In this document: positions 1 to 13,320 of the stretch, piece by piece
Numbering within the stretch: the stretch's first letter is position 1
Layout of the letters: every line of letters begins with the position of its first letter
From: Anthoceros angustus
Taxonomy: Eukaryota > Plantae > Anthocerotophyta
Assembly (NCBI GenBank): GCA_010909165.1
Contig: VJWM01000144.1
Coordinates: 186,001 to 250,000 of the forward strand
Length of the DNA stretch: 64,000 nucleotides
Direction: 5' to 3'
The notes under the pieces: generated by a model
Databases searched by the model: none
What the model saw: the letters and a program-made list of their open reading frames with translations, nothing else
Told to the model about the DNA's origin: nothing
Position numbers and translations under genes: made by a program

Positions 1-1640
1 AGGCCAAGAGCATTCAATTTCTCTTTGATTGCTTTCTTGTCTGCGTAGAGATGTTTCTGGATGTCACTTGAACCCATAATATACAATAATGGTTTTACGG
101 ACGAAGAGCTTGGATGTTCGGAGGCTGAAACCTTTTCCGCCTTGCCTTTCAAAGGTGCTGCTATGTCGCTATCAGACATGAGAAAGTATTCCCCTACATA
201 CTTCCCTTCAAAGGCATCTGTGTGTTCGGTCCGCCACCAGTGCACAAGGAAATATGGGTCAGGGGCGGTGAGGTGGACACCAACAACCTTGGCCACCCAG
301 AACGCCCTATTGTGAGTATCGCCCTCACAAGGCGTTACAATGAACATACCTTTTTCAATCTCCATGATGTCACCATTCATCCTCTCCACTTCCTCATCAC
401 TGGTCAACGCGTTCGATATGCTCCTGTGTACATGTCCCGTTGTGGCACATCCCAATAATGCTTCGTCGAGCCTCATCCGCACGCAAGGAGGCACATTTGC
501 TTCGCGCTGCCCTATCATACCACTTCCACGGGTTTTCAAAACAAGTCCGATGTTATGGTCCACGATCGTTGCGATCTCCTCCGATCCTTCCAAATCATCC
601 CACCACTCCCCTCAACAGCATTAACATAAGTTGGTAACTTCAGCATCCCTTTCTTCAAGTGATCTCGCCATCACGTGCACTCAAGCCTCCACTCCCTTTC
701 TTGTCTTTTCGCCGCAATGCCATTAGGGAGTTGGGCGATGATGTTAGGCACAAACGACAAGAACTCAGGCCATCTTCGCTTCCCACAATGGAGAAGTCGA
801 GTATTGTTTGCTCGAATGACCGTTACCTTTCCCGTCCCACTTTGTCTTCTTGGGTAATTTTGAACGTGTTGGAACGAAGGTTGTTTAACTTCCGTGACTT
901 TGTACTTCGACCTCCTTCTCATTGCATCGGCCACACAAATGAACGGAAATCACAACTTCCGTCACCACCTTCACTCGGGTTCGTGTGTAAACTCTCAAAA
1001 TGTCCGCATAGTTGGTAGGGTTCTAGCCTCTTTGTGTTTCGGATGTTTGAGAAACAAGAAAACATTTGGTCGACTTGATCGTGTGTATGCCCAACAAGAA
1101 GAAAACCAACCTTCACCTTCTCAAACGTTCCCTGTACGAGCATGTTGAGGTAAGCAAAGAAGCATTCTTGTTCTCCGCATGTGTTGTCCAAATGCAAATA
1201 TAAAACTTTAGGAAGCAACCCTTCATAAGTGAGGATTACATCTGTATAATAGAAATCGTCAAATTTGCATCATTCCTCAAATTCGCATAGTGGAGATACG
1301 CCTTGAATGTGTAATTATGAATCATGCAACCCACTACATTACTGTAATCTTTCGTCTCTTTTAAGTCCTTTACCTTAAAATATGGGGAGCGTTTTTTCGA
1401 TCCATCCATCGATACATAATAACATATATTTGTGTGGCTCCTTGTACCCTTTTGTGCGATGCTTGTGAAGCTTTTCCGTTCATCCATCGAGACGGATACG
1501 ATGCTTATCCAAGCGCATCGATACCCGCACTCAAAGGAAAGTACAATGTTAGGACAAGAGTACAAGAACACACAGAGGCGGATGCAACTCGAGGCATGAC
1601 AAACAACGTGAAAGGTCGTTAACGTGCCATCGCCCCATTC
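1..1640 (-). pseudogene. DUF7869-like putative transposase, central/C-terminal part (frameshifted)
   Basis: 919-1218: LPKVLYLHLDNTCGEQECFFAYLNMLV...KVKVGFLLVGHTHDQVDQMFS. 1236-1440: YYVSMDGSKKRSPYF...VVGCMIHNYTFKAYLHYANLRNDANLTISII. These resemble the LYxQLDN, GHTHxxIDQxFS and xDGMD motifs of this family. Confidence 0.7.
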
Positions 1641-1647
1641 CAAATTT

Positions 1648-2369
1648 CCAAAGATGAAATGACCCACGAGGCTTACTGGAAGCACTTGATGTTCAAGGAT
1701 CCCTGCCAAGAAGATGATCGGAAGCAGTTCAAGATGTGCAGCCACCACTGCTGCTCGAAGATCATTCATCTGCAACTGGGACCACGCAACAGCGATCCTA
1801 CTGCACTGAGAAGTTGTGGCACAAACCTGTGAGCAGGACGGGATCCACTTCCAGCGTAGGGTACGTGTCGGAAGATGGCCATGCCTTCGAGTGCAGTCAC
1901 TTGAAATATGCTCCAAGCCATGTGGTGTTCGTCATCGACAGGTCTGGCTCTATGGGCTACAGACGTTAAGCCAACACTGGTGCAATTTGCAGCCTCCTTC
2001 AACAATCGACTGGGATGCGTGTACGAAGCCGTCCTCCGCTTCATCCGAACCCGGGTTGCGGGAGGTCAGCCGGATGTGGTGTCTGTTGTCTTTTCGATCG
2101 CAACGCCACCATCGCAGTGGAGAGGCAGCCCATCTCGGAGACGCTTGTAGACGGTCTCCTCCGATACGGCGTCAGGGGGACCCATTACTCGTGCGCCCTG
2201 GATCAGGTTCAGCAGATCCTGCAGCGAGCTTCAGTGGACGCCTCCATGCAAGCCAAACACCCTGCTGTCATCTTCCTGAGTGACGGTGAGAACATGGGTG
2301 GCACTGATCCGGTCGCCATGGTGAAGGACATGAAGGACCTCGACCACAAGCTGGTCTTCCACACCATCC
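1648..2369 (+). pseudogene. Duplicated fragment of the vWA-domain region of the GTPase-vWA gene (copy of 60854-61581)
   Basis: Near-identical from ccaaagatgaaatgacccacgag to ctggtcttccacaccatcc. Encodes MTHEAYWKHLMFKDPC...HVVFVIDRSGSMG...IFLSDGE. Confidence 0.95.
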
Positions 2370-3350
2370 GGCTCGCCATCACACTTGTCTAAAGGCACGC
2401 GGCATTTCATATGGAATGCACGTCATTGAATCCACTCGGCCATGCATCCATTGTGATGGGCATAAATGGAGGCATTGCTTGTTTGGCACACTCGACTCCG
2501 GCTCGGATTTGCATGGTGCGTTGGTCTTCCCACGAAGCCCGAATCCAGCCTTCTTATTTTGTCCTCCTAGATTTGCATGAAGCGCGCCCGCCATCCTTGC
2601 CTCGCCGCAAAGGTGAATTTTCCGTCACGACGTGCTTCATGGTTCCGCTAATCGCTCCTCACAACGGCTAAACGGCGCGAGGAAGGAACGGCTTCCCAAT
2701 GTCTGAGGAAAATGGCCCGAATCCGGATGGATGGGGCGGAGTGCCTGGAGATTTATCGCTGACATGGGAGCAGCTCGAATCGGAGGCTTCCACACACACA
2801 CATCGATGAGGATGCAGACGGCTTCGCGCCCCAATCTACGGAGGCCTTGGATTTCAAGAGGCGGGTAATGGAGATGGCGATGCTTCATGGAAATTATTGC
2901 CTCCTGAGGCTCCCGCCGAGAGCGCCCGGACCTAGGTTGTGGCTTCCTTGATTGGATTGAAGCACAACGACACTTTTGCAAGTCTACTAGAGCCGCCAAC
3001 AGCGATGTGGAGATGAAGGAGGATTTTCAGCTTGTCCTCACCGTCGCAGCCCCTTTTGTTCTCGCTTTTACTGTCGCCTAGCCCAAGCCTTAACGATGTA
3101 CACGGCTTACCTCTACGATTTTTCTTTTAGGGTAATAAGACGTGGTTTATCATCAAACCCATTCTAAATTAGTGTTGTAAACGACCGTACTCGTAAAGAG
3201 TCTTGTTGTAAACTCTAGGTGTAGTAAACTATGGATGTTGTAAAATACCATTGGCATGTTGTAAAAGAACCCTGTAATGGAGAAAGTCTCAGTAGTAAAT
3301 TGATGGCCCGTAGTAAACAAACATGCCATCGTTGTAACATTCCATAAGCT
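2360..3350. mobile_element. Partial copy of CACTA element X (matches ~30505-31520, including subterminal gtagtaaa/ttgtaaa repeats)
   Basis: Direct match: cacttgtctaaaggcacg...gtagtaaacaaacatgccatcgttgtaaca..ccataagct. Confidence 0.9.
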
Positions 3351-3351
3351 C

Positions 3352-3570
3352 GCATGCCGGCACATGTCCATGGGCGGCATGCCACCCATGTCCATGGGCT
3401 CGCATGCCGGCACATGTCTATGTGGCATCACACATGTCCATGGGCGGCGGCATGCCACACATGTCCATGGGCGGCATGCATGGGCGGCATGCCGGCACAT
3501 GTCCATGGGCGGCATGCCACCCATGTCCATGGGCGGCATGCCACACATGTCCATGGGCGGCATGCCGCGC
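3352..3570. repeat. 24-bp minisatellite (catgtccatgggcggcatgccacc), about 9 imperfect copies
   Basis: Tandem unit visible; produces MSMGGMPP-type repeat ORFs in several frames. Confidence 0.9.
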
Positions 3571-3699
3571 ATTCTCGAGCATGGGAACAACGATGCTGGT
3601 GCGGCATGTCGGCAATGTATAATACATGCACGGCATATCATGAACACCCTGCGTGGGCGCATAACATGAGGACAGTGTGTGGCGGCATGCGGCTGAACA

Positions 3700-4712
3700 A
3701 ATTCATGTATTGAATTGGTTCGCGCGGCATTCGGGACCTCACTTCATCGGGTGCGGATGTTCACAGCGTAGTAGCTGGCGCCGCATGCGGCGCCTTCTCT
3801 GCGGTGGCATGCATGGAATATTCTCTTGGCAGCATCACCACACATGGGAATTTGAAGCCCGCCACACTATTCGGCGGCGGTGTGGACTCGGCAATGCAGG
3901 CTTTCACTGCGCACCCACAACTTTGCTACAGTTATAGATTAATGTCCAAACACTGGGCTTGGGAAGTCGTACTTGGTCGGTCGCGTCGTTGCCTTATGTT
4001 GAACTTCAATCCGCATAATGAACATGTCGAAAACCTATTGGACTTGGGTATCTTCACCCGTTTGAAGTTCATTCCCAAAGCCGCAAAAGTAGGCATATGA
4101 GATAAAGCGCAATCCTTTGTGCTCCATTTCTTTGTATTGTGTCGGACCTCTAGCTTAGTGAATGTGTCGTAAGTTATACACCTCCACGTTTGTAACGCTC
4201 GCCAAGTGGATGAATGTAGCATCCATCCACGCAATCGCACCCAAAGCATGGGAGGATTGCACCGAGGGCTTATTCTCATCCCATGGAGCATTACACAATA
4301 CCCTCCTCTTCAACTCTTCATATCGTTGAGCCGATGCGACAGTAGGCTTTCGAGGCAGATCTCATTGGAGCACCCATTACATGGGTTATAACTCTTTGTC
4401 TTGAGTTGGCCTCCAAATCAGTGCGACAAGGAAAATGTTTCTGTGCGGCTGCTCAACCTCGAGAATCTGTCCGCTCCTGAAGCCTTCTTTGGTCAACATT
4501 TGGATGCACAATTTGTTGCAACATGGTTTAGAAAATCACGCAACACAGTCCCTTGGTCTTCGCAAGAACGCCCGGCGCTTTTGAACCCGATATCATGTTC
4601 ACTTCCGCAACGTCTCAGACATAGGTTTCGGATGATAGGAAGGTGGACCTCGTCTTGCCGGTGGTGTCTGGAAAACATTCTCTTCATCAACATTTGGGTG
4701 TCCAACTTCTCC
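3700..4712 (-). pseudogene. DUF7869-like putative transposase, N-terminal part (continues at 15746-15900 across the CACTA insertion)
   Basis: FKRVKIPKSNRFSTCSLCGLKFN (xIPKxNRFSxCxxC motif) in ORF 3932-4291 and upstream KPCCNKLCIQML. Same strand as the 1-1640 piece. Confidence 0.6.
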
Positions 4713-5021
4713 CACTACTAGAAACAGCGTTGTTTGTTATGCTGCAGTATTACGGAATATTGCCTTCTTGTTACGTAAACGATGACTTTGTTACACAAGG
4801 CATGTGGTCGGACCTAAGGCGTAATAAACCTCGTAACAGTGTGACAACCAAATCTTATAGTTATGAGGTGCGGGGTAAGGCCGGTGATGCCTCGGTAACC
4901 GGGTTTGTCGGTGTTTCTAACCAGTCTTGACAATGTCGGTCCGTGGTGTTGGACGTGTCGCCTCATGTTCGACGTCTTGCTGCGTTTTGGAGCTGCGAGC
5001 TCGGAGTTTTTATTTTGAAAT

Positions 5022-7000
5022 CTAAAGGTTTCGGGGTTTCATTCTTGGTTTTGATGCCTCTCTCCCGACATGTGTGAACTTGCCATGTGGCATGTACAAT
5101 GTCCTTAGCCACATTATATTCGCATGATTTCTTGAATTTATACCGCGCATTTTATAGGTGGCTCTAAGCGGAATACATATAAATTCACAAAACTTCATGT
5201 ACACTATCTCTGATGTTGACGTATCGCTACGGAAGTTCGGATGTATGTGCATCCAAGCACTAATCATAATCACTCTGGGTATCTCACCTGTATCGCTCAT
5301 GGCGCTTTTCGCCCTTTCGCTCTTTTCGCTTTCGGTCCTCGAGGGTTTGTAGCGCCCGCCTTTTCACTGCCGATGCGTAGCTCTTGATGAATGCCATCGC
5401 CTCATGCACATCGTGCTGTTTGTCTGCATGAGAAAGAATCCACATCAACCCCAGCGCATGACATGCATGTGGACATATAAATTTGGTCATGGCGGCTCAC
5501 CTTGACCCTTTCGCTTTGTCTTTCCCCTTGGCACTTGCGGCACTTTGAGTCACTGCTGCAGCTCGTGCCCTCGTTACTGCCCTCCAATGTGTGGCGGTGT
5601 ACTTTATGTGTCCCTTGTTCTTGAAACTTTCCAGTCAGCATTTTCGACATCGTCCGTGTCAAATTCGATTGGCCTCCTCCTAGTGACTCGATGTTGTGCC
5701 ATCGCCACCGTATGTTGTTTTCCATGTCCTCCTTTCGCCACTTCCTCCTCCTCATTGCGTCCCCATCCTCGTTGTCTTTGCCTCCCCATTAACTTCACGG
5801 CTGTTTCCTCTTCTGTTCGAATCACCTTCGTGATCCCTTCTTCTTCATCCATTGTTTTCCCTTAACCATCCACGGGCGTCGTCGATCACCTACCTTAGAA
5901 TCCGGATCAATTATTGCAGATTTTCGTGAATGCTTTGACCCATTTCTCTTCGTGGCGTCTCGCTTGGCCCGATGCATACCCTCGGGATTTCAAAAACTTC
6001 GAACGACTCCCGCTCCGCACATCCCATAGTTCCTTTTGTTAGTGGGCGGAGTGATCCAAAATCACACTCCTCGTCGGTTGGCTCCCTCCCATACTTCTCT
6101 TGGAACTTAAAACCCATCCATCGTCCGCCTTGGCCCCATGGATTGGGCCCTTCTCCATTTGATTTCTCGATCAGTCTTAGGCGCAAGTGATGCCTTGGAT
6201 GGCAAAAATTTCCATCTTTGCTGAGTTCAACCCGTGCCCATGTGAGAATCTCCGCCATACCCTTTCATCGGCTAGTGGAGGCTGAAAATCTGTCAATTTT
6301 TGCCTACCCTCTTCTCCTCCAGGCCTTGAGGCTTTGGTGCCTCGACATACCTTGTTCCTTGTTCGAGTGTATTGGTGAACTCGATGAAATCATCCCTTTG
6401 CGAAGATCAGGCGGGCGCCCATACATGCACATTTTCTTCCTCCGAGACAACGGCAAGTCGCTCCACTTTCACGAATTTCGTTTGCGCTCTGCTGTATTAC
6501 TTCCATGAACTTCTTATGCCTCGGGATCAAGCCCCAGAAGGTCAATGTAGATGGAGGCTTTGGCTTCCCGTGTGCTCCATATCTTCGCAACTTCTGAGTG
6601 CCAGTTGCTCTTGAATCCACCCTACTCCCGTGTTTTCAAAAGCTCGGACCGGTTCGGTGTTGTCTATTCCACCCTGGCTGCCCATCTTTGCGAAACATTG
6701 TGGGGAGGAAGCACACCGCCTCTGCGACAAAGTTCCTGCCCATACCGTGCAATGCAATGCCAGCGAGCAACACGATGGCCACCGAGATTCCCTTCCGCTT
6801 CATAAGCTTCTTGGGAATCCGGAACTTCATCAGGTGGGAAGAAATCCTCCCCCCATATGCCACCGCGGTTTGCACCGGCTTCTGGTGATGCCGGCGGATC
6901 CCACACTGCATTTCCATTTCTCCCCAAACTCCAGCCGTCTGGGAAATCAAAGCGCTACCATGCACAGCATAGCACGGCGGCCGGATATGTCAGTGTCGAA
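5022..7000 (-). pseudogene. Probable CACTA second gene (TnpA/PTTA-like), fragmented
   Basis: Minus-strand fragments, e.g. MGFKFQEKYGREPTDEECDF (weakly like the GRxPT motif of Transposase_24), lying downstream of TnpD inside the element. Confidence 0.35.
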
Positions 7001-7917
7001 AACAAGTAGGAGGGCATGTGGACGCATACAGTACATGGTCATACTAGGCAATTGCATGCGACCGACAGGTGCTCACTTTCAATCGGGGAATTCAGCATAG
7101 CCTACAAAGGAGTGCACTATGCATCACACTACAACCATCCACCACAACGATATGAACATGTTATGGGTCGTGACCGTCATGACCATACATCACGCGGGGA
7201 CCATCGATTACGGCTAATCCTGCGTGTCCAAGCAAGGTCGTAAGTTTGGGACGCAAGCTCACGCCACGGGATGCACGTCCACAACCTCGCCACACTTCCA
7301 CGGATTGCGAGGCAGCGGTATTTCAATCCTTCAAGCCCGATCGATTGCGAATACCGATGTTCGAGGCGAAGCGAAGTATCGGAGAACTCGAAGCTATGGG
7401 CGGTAAGTGCACACCTCGGAAGGGTGTGGGTGCCGCGACACAGGCGTCATTCTCCTCCCATCACACACAACGAGGTCGATTCTTCGTCTTCCGATCAACC
7501 ACGCTTGCATGGAAAAACCTATACATTTCTTGCGGACGGTGGTTGTTCTATCGTAGAAAACAACGAGTCTAACCGTGTCCGGATAGCGACAACGGCATGC
7601 GCGCCGATTGGATGTTGTTGGCACGCTAGCGATGGGGAAGAAATGTCCCGTGGGTATGCTTCTTCACATCACGGTCGAGCCATAGCAAAAGTCAATATCA
7701 GATGCACGGAATGCTATATTGAACCTACACACTCCCTACGCCACGGATTGCTGCTTAATTCAAATTGTGCCTGCGCTGCGTCCGGACGAATGACCGACCT
7801 TCCCTCGATGTCGCCCGCCATGTGGTGAAATGACCAGCAGCAATGAAACGTGCTCCATAGTATGCCGCCTCGAAATGGCTGCCAATATCTGCGGATCTTC
7901 TCTCCCCTCTTCCGCGG

Positions 7918-9844
7918 GTGTGTGGGTTATGGGTCGGTGATTGCACCTACATCCTACAATATATTAGACTCCAGCCCCCTACATGCTACAGGGCATCTAA
8001 AATTTTCTCCACCCAGACTCAACTCAAAGACCGTGCCCCAAAGGTTTGCCACCGCCAAAAAGAAAACCACAAACTTAAATCGGTTTAAGTTCACGGAACT
8101 TCAGGCTATCACAAAATAGACACAATAGTCCCGGACAACGACCTAACGAATCATGCTCAAGCATCCTCGACTTGTCTTGCAACTGCGGGAAGATAATGCC
8201 CCACCATCCACCGTCATCTATGACATTACGCTTAGGATGGCCTCCATGACCTTCTCATCGCACTCCTTGATGGAATAGCCTGCATCCTTCAACAAGGTCC
8301 ACACATTAATCGCCTTGTCCTTCTTTGAGTCCACTTGCGGACCCAAAAGCTGAGTTCTAGTTCGCATCCAAAACTCTTTCAACTTTGTAAGCCAAGCCCC
8401 ATGATTGGTGCCAGCATTGATTTCATCCATGGTTGGGTCTCTCAAACTTCCCTCTAAACTCGAAACCCCTTCGCCCGCCATATCCAAAACATGCATAGCT
8501 ATTACTTCCCACCTCCTTGCTCCTCCTCATGGCGCCTTTTGCGGCTTGGGCAACAACTCCATCCATCTTGTCTTGCTCCTCTTTCAAAAGGCCTCCCAAG
8601 TACTCTTGCTTCACACTCTTTGGGACATACTTGGGTGCGCTTTTGTCCTTGCAAGAAATAACGCTTCCTTCCTAACATTGTTCCTCCAAAACTTGATTAG
8701 GGTTCAAATTGCAAGACAATACGTCAAAGACCATGGACCACTCAAAGTCGCACGATACATGTCTCAACATGAAGCACACACGCTTGATTTGCTTCCAAAA
8801 GGGATGTATGAGAGGATTGCAGAGAGGCGGGTTGCAAAATGCACTCTCCTTCATGGGCAAAAGGAGGACGATCACGAAGATGTAGCACACTGCCAGCATG
8901 TTTAGTGCATAGCCTCCAAATATGGCATAAAAGCGATTCCGAGGTGCAGAAATCGGCATGTCGGCAAGAAATTCAGCCTCAAAATTTCATCGGGGCACGA
9001 AATTTGCCCCCATGTACGACATTTCGGGGCAAATTTCAGGCTTGCTACAAAACTAAAAATGCCGGTCAAACATTGAAGGCACTTACGAAGGATGGATGTG
9101 GGCAAAAGCCGTGATGGACATCGACCCTTTTCCTCTTGGGCCCCTAGAGCACTTTATGTCCAAATCTCGACATTCCATTGGAATGATATCGATCTTCCTC
9201 GATCCACGGCATCGAGGAAGATGCGATCTTCTCTCCTCGGCAGTATAGCAACTTTTGCTCTTGCTCACCCTCCAAGTCTGCTCGACTAGTTGAAGATGAG
9301 CATTTGTTTGATCGGAAGGTGTCCTCAGCTTTAGGAGTGCAGTGTTTGAGCTCCTTCTGCACTCTTCACATGCTTCACAAAATTAGACCACCAGATGTTG
9401 TCTTGTCGGTACCATGTTGATAGCTTCAAGCTTCTTAACGTTCTCCTGCGGGTTCGGATTCGTTCTCTTCAACTTCTACCAATAGTGCATCATGGTTACT
9501 AAGGTAAGCGTGTCAACGTGCGCATGTATGGCTCATGGCGGGTTTGGGCGGAAGGACCTTGGTGCACTCTGGATGTATGTGGCCGTGCATTGATGTCCCC
9601 AACCACCTCCTCTGCGACTGCGGCTTGTGCATCGATCACGAGCCCCTTCTATAGGAGGCGATGACAGGCGTCCCCACGGCCGGGAGTGATCTTGGTCGCC
9701 GCTTTTGCCTTCACCACGCGCCTTCCTCGTCAAGTCCGAATCGCTCTCCATGATTTTATGAGTGGTGTGAGCCCATGCCCGTTCTTCAAATATGGCGCAC
9801 TCATCATGTGTAAAATCGGCCTCTTCGTCGGTGTCTTCATCCTC
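7918..9844. mobile_element. Partial copy of element X internal region (matches ~27023-28903), inside CACTA #1
   Basis: Direct match from gtgtgggttatggg..gattgcacctacatcctac to gtcttcatcctc. Confidence 0.9.
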
Positions 9845-9949
9845 ATTTGCTCGCCTCTCCACCCCGTGCGGGAGTGGGGACGGCTGCCCCCTCTATTCTC
9901 CGCTTGACCATCCGGATGTAGGATACCGCTGCGTCCTTGATGCGGCCAT

Positions 9950-12900
9950 ATGAATGGTGTGTCCATGTCATCTGCGTACTAATGACGGCCGATGTACACA
10001 AGGTCGAATCCAATGTAGACCTTATGGACTGAATCGCCATTCGGGTTGCACTCATACCACTTAACCTTCAAGATAAGAGGTTCATACCACGAGAACGCGC
10101 AATATCTCTTGCACATTGCCGTAGTAAGTCCGATCCTCCGTCTCCCATTACGTCGTGTAGACACCGCTATCTTGGGTGGTTTTCCTGTGCATATCTGCGA
10201 CTATAGTGCGGAGGTGGCTACCTTTGCATATCATGTGCTTGTATGCCGTTGCCACAATGGAAGGGCCGTCCATGAGCGCGGCTCATCGATCATATCGGCA
10301 AGCCCTCCCAACGTCCTCCATTTCGACCATCATGAATCCAAGCCCGAAAGGAAGGTTGTGTCCCATGTCACGGTTAATTTCCTCACGGTACATGTAAGAA
10401 AGGGTCCATAACCGTGGTGTGTAAACGAAGGTGTGGACTTAGTGCGACTCGGCGTGGTAAATTTGTATGCTCGTCCTATCCCTAAGGTCTTCTCGTGGGC
10501 ATCCCGTCTGCGACACGCCAAATATGGTCGTGGATAATGTTGCGGAGAAAGGACTTTGCATAATGCAAAGACTCATCTCGTAACCTTGCCATCGCCCTCC
10601 GGTTTGCTTTTGGCGGATTGTTCCTTTCACTTCCGGATACCTTTCAGCGGGATACATCCATCGCACGTGAACCGCCCTAGAGCGCAACCTCATCCACCAA
10701 GTGGATTATGAGATGGGTCGATATCGAACAAGTTGGGGAATTCTCTTTCCAACTCACACATCACCCTGATGCACTCTTGTTGCATTCTCCCAACCTCATG
10801 GCCCGGTATTCTTCGCTGGCATATCCACCGATAAAGTTTGCTGAGTCCGGCCACTGCTTTATATACGGATGGTTTGATTCGACCTCGCAAAACAATTGGA
10901 AAATAAATCTCCATGAGTATATGCCAATCATGGGCTTTCAAATTCCCCAGCTTACCAGTAGACATCTTTGCCGCAATGTTTGGCCTTATCCGGTGGTAAC
11001 CTTATTGCTTGCATTTCCAAAAACCAAATCCAAGTCGGCTTCGAGAGGACATAGGAGTGACGCGTTTCCCTGTTCCTGCGAAGGCCATAGCTCCTTCTTT
11101 CCCCATATTGTTCCATGTCTAAGCGTGATCTAATATCATCTTTCTCCCTATGAAGGTCGCCACAGCCTCCGCATTGTTCTTTTCAACGTGCATGACATCT
11201 TTCACTTAAGCATATACCTCCAATACGGATATTCAAACCATAAAGACTGCGGGGTCCCGAACTTGCCCCTTTCCTCAACTCTCTCACTGCAACCTCTCTC
11301 CTGTCCATATCACGCATGAGGTCATCATAGGAGGGGTTGTGGGCGACGCCTCCTCTTCATTGTGTCGATCCAAGTCCGGCCTCCGCATTGGATGGTTGCG
11401 CGGAAGCCACCGCCGGTATCCAAGGTACTCCTCCTACATGCGTGGTGGGCCCAGCGAGAGTGCAACGTGCCCCAACAATCTACACATGCCCTAGAACCTT
11501 TCACGAAAGCTTTGTTAGTGTACCGATTCGGATAATCGATGGTGTGCGACCATGCACGCAACACAAGCCGTCTAGGATCTTCCGATGGGAGAGAAAAGTC
11601 TTCCATAGGGATCCCCATGCCATAGGTCTTTTAGCTCCTCCAAGAGGTTCTAGGTAAACATCAAAGTTAGGCACAATATGGGGACCCGGGGCGATAAGGG
11701 GCATGATGATATGACCGATCTTTGTGCTAAGCCATGGCGGTAGGTTGTGCGAGAAAAGCATTACAGCCAAATGGATGTCGTGGTGACTGTGTCCAAAGGT
11801 TAAATCCTCATTGCGAGCGAGCCGGATGTTCCGGTTCACTAAAGCCATCCAATCCATCAAGAGCCTCCCACGCCGGTGTGCCATTATGCCCATGGAGCCA
11901 TCACAACTCCGGAGTTCCGTGTAGGATGTCATCAAGCGGTGTTGGGTGCTCTAAAAATCCGGTTGAGCCTATCCTTCAAAGGGAAATGCCACATGACCTT
12001 TCGAGCGTTCGCCTCGACCCATTTGGCAACCCGGTCCCCTCCACATACCATGCATCACATTTTATGATCATCTCGCATATGGGCCGGAAGGCGATCATTA
12101 ACGCAGGCATGAATCTTCTCGAACGGCCCAAAGGAAAACAAAGTTTTTGGCTTGACATGGACTTTGAATTCCTTGCAACAAATGCACGAAATCACGGAAA
12201 ATATCGGACATAGCCACATAAAATACCATGCATTGTTTAATCGAGGCGAGAAGCAAGGTGGCTCAATCGGGTCTCTTTGGAAAGACATGCTTCTTCCATG
12301 GTGAACAAAGGCAGCTCGCCAGGAGGCGGCCTCACTTTCTGTCCGGGCACATCGAACACTGCGGTGCCATGAGGTCATCAAGTCGGCATCCAAGTCGGTA
12401 TCATCAATGGGATTACGGCATCCATTTCGTCCTCTGACTCGATGACTCTTCATTAGATGAAACTGACATAGGTATCTCGGGCTCCGTTTCTTGGTTCATC
12501 TCTCGGGAGGCGGCGTCGGGCGGTGGTGGCGATTGCGTCCGATGTCACTATAGGCTGCGGGTTGGGCGTTCCCTCCACATTCCCATTAACACGCCCAACA
12601 TTGGCAACGCGTTACTGCGGGTCAAGCGGTGGCGGCAATAGTCGCCGCGGCGCTTGCTAACCATGTTGCATGCAAGAAGAACATCAAGATGCACAAATGA
12701 AGGCTTGGTTTCCATGTATTATTCAAACAAGCCAATTATGGAGCGAACATTTCAGGACATTTCGCATCCACCCACATCACGGAACCATCCTCGAATAGTT
12801 TTGGCTGAACCGCCCGAGGCGTGGAATGGTCACGTCGCCTTCACACGGGCGAGGACACATCATGTACGTTGTCAAATCCGGATCTCCTCTTGAACCATAG

Positions 12901-13320
12901 TGGCGAGAAAGTGCGTGTGGAAAAGTCTCGCCTTGGGCGCCCTCATCGCCCGCCACTTCTCGCTCCACACCCCATCCACATCGCGGCGGAAAATGGCGAA
13001 ATATGGATCGACCCAAGCGGAACAACCCAGCGCCGCATGCCCAATTTGCAAATGACACGGTGCAATTGGCGAAAACGAAAGGTTCCCCACCACTCCGAGA
13101 CTTCACCAAGACCCGCCACATCCATACACAACATCCAATGCACGAACCTTGGGAAATAGGTGGCTCCACACGGATTCCTAAATGGATTCGAGGCTGATTG
13201 CACACGTCATTGTTGATGCTTGGTCGCCGACACATGCCACAACCGCGTTGGACACCACTTCTTTCCTTTGAGGAAGGTCGGCCAGTGGATATCGCATTGG
13301 TGCATGTCGACAACTAACCT
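9950..13320 (-). pseudogene. CACTA TnpD/TNP2 transposase (transposase-associated?, Transposase_21, DUF4218, DUF4216), frameshifted
   Basis: 11501-11935: NIRLA...NLPPWLSTK..IIMPLIAPGP..PNFDVYLEPL (Transposase_21). 10690-10965: LKAHDWHILM..FPIVLRG...MCELEREFP..FDI (DUF4218). 9979-10164: ILKVKWY...GFDLV (DUF4216). Canonical domain order. Confidence 0.88.

Noticed and set aside
1236-1916. 226-aa ORF as a single gene
   Set aside because: Chimeric: antisense of the captured vWA fragment fused to DUF7869-like sequence.
3153-3713. MSMGGMPP-repeat proteins
   Set aside because: Translations of the 24-bp minisatellite, open in several frames on both strands.
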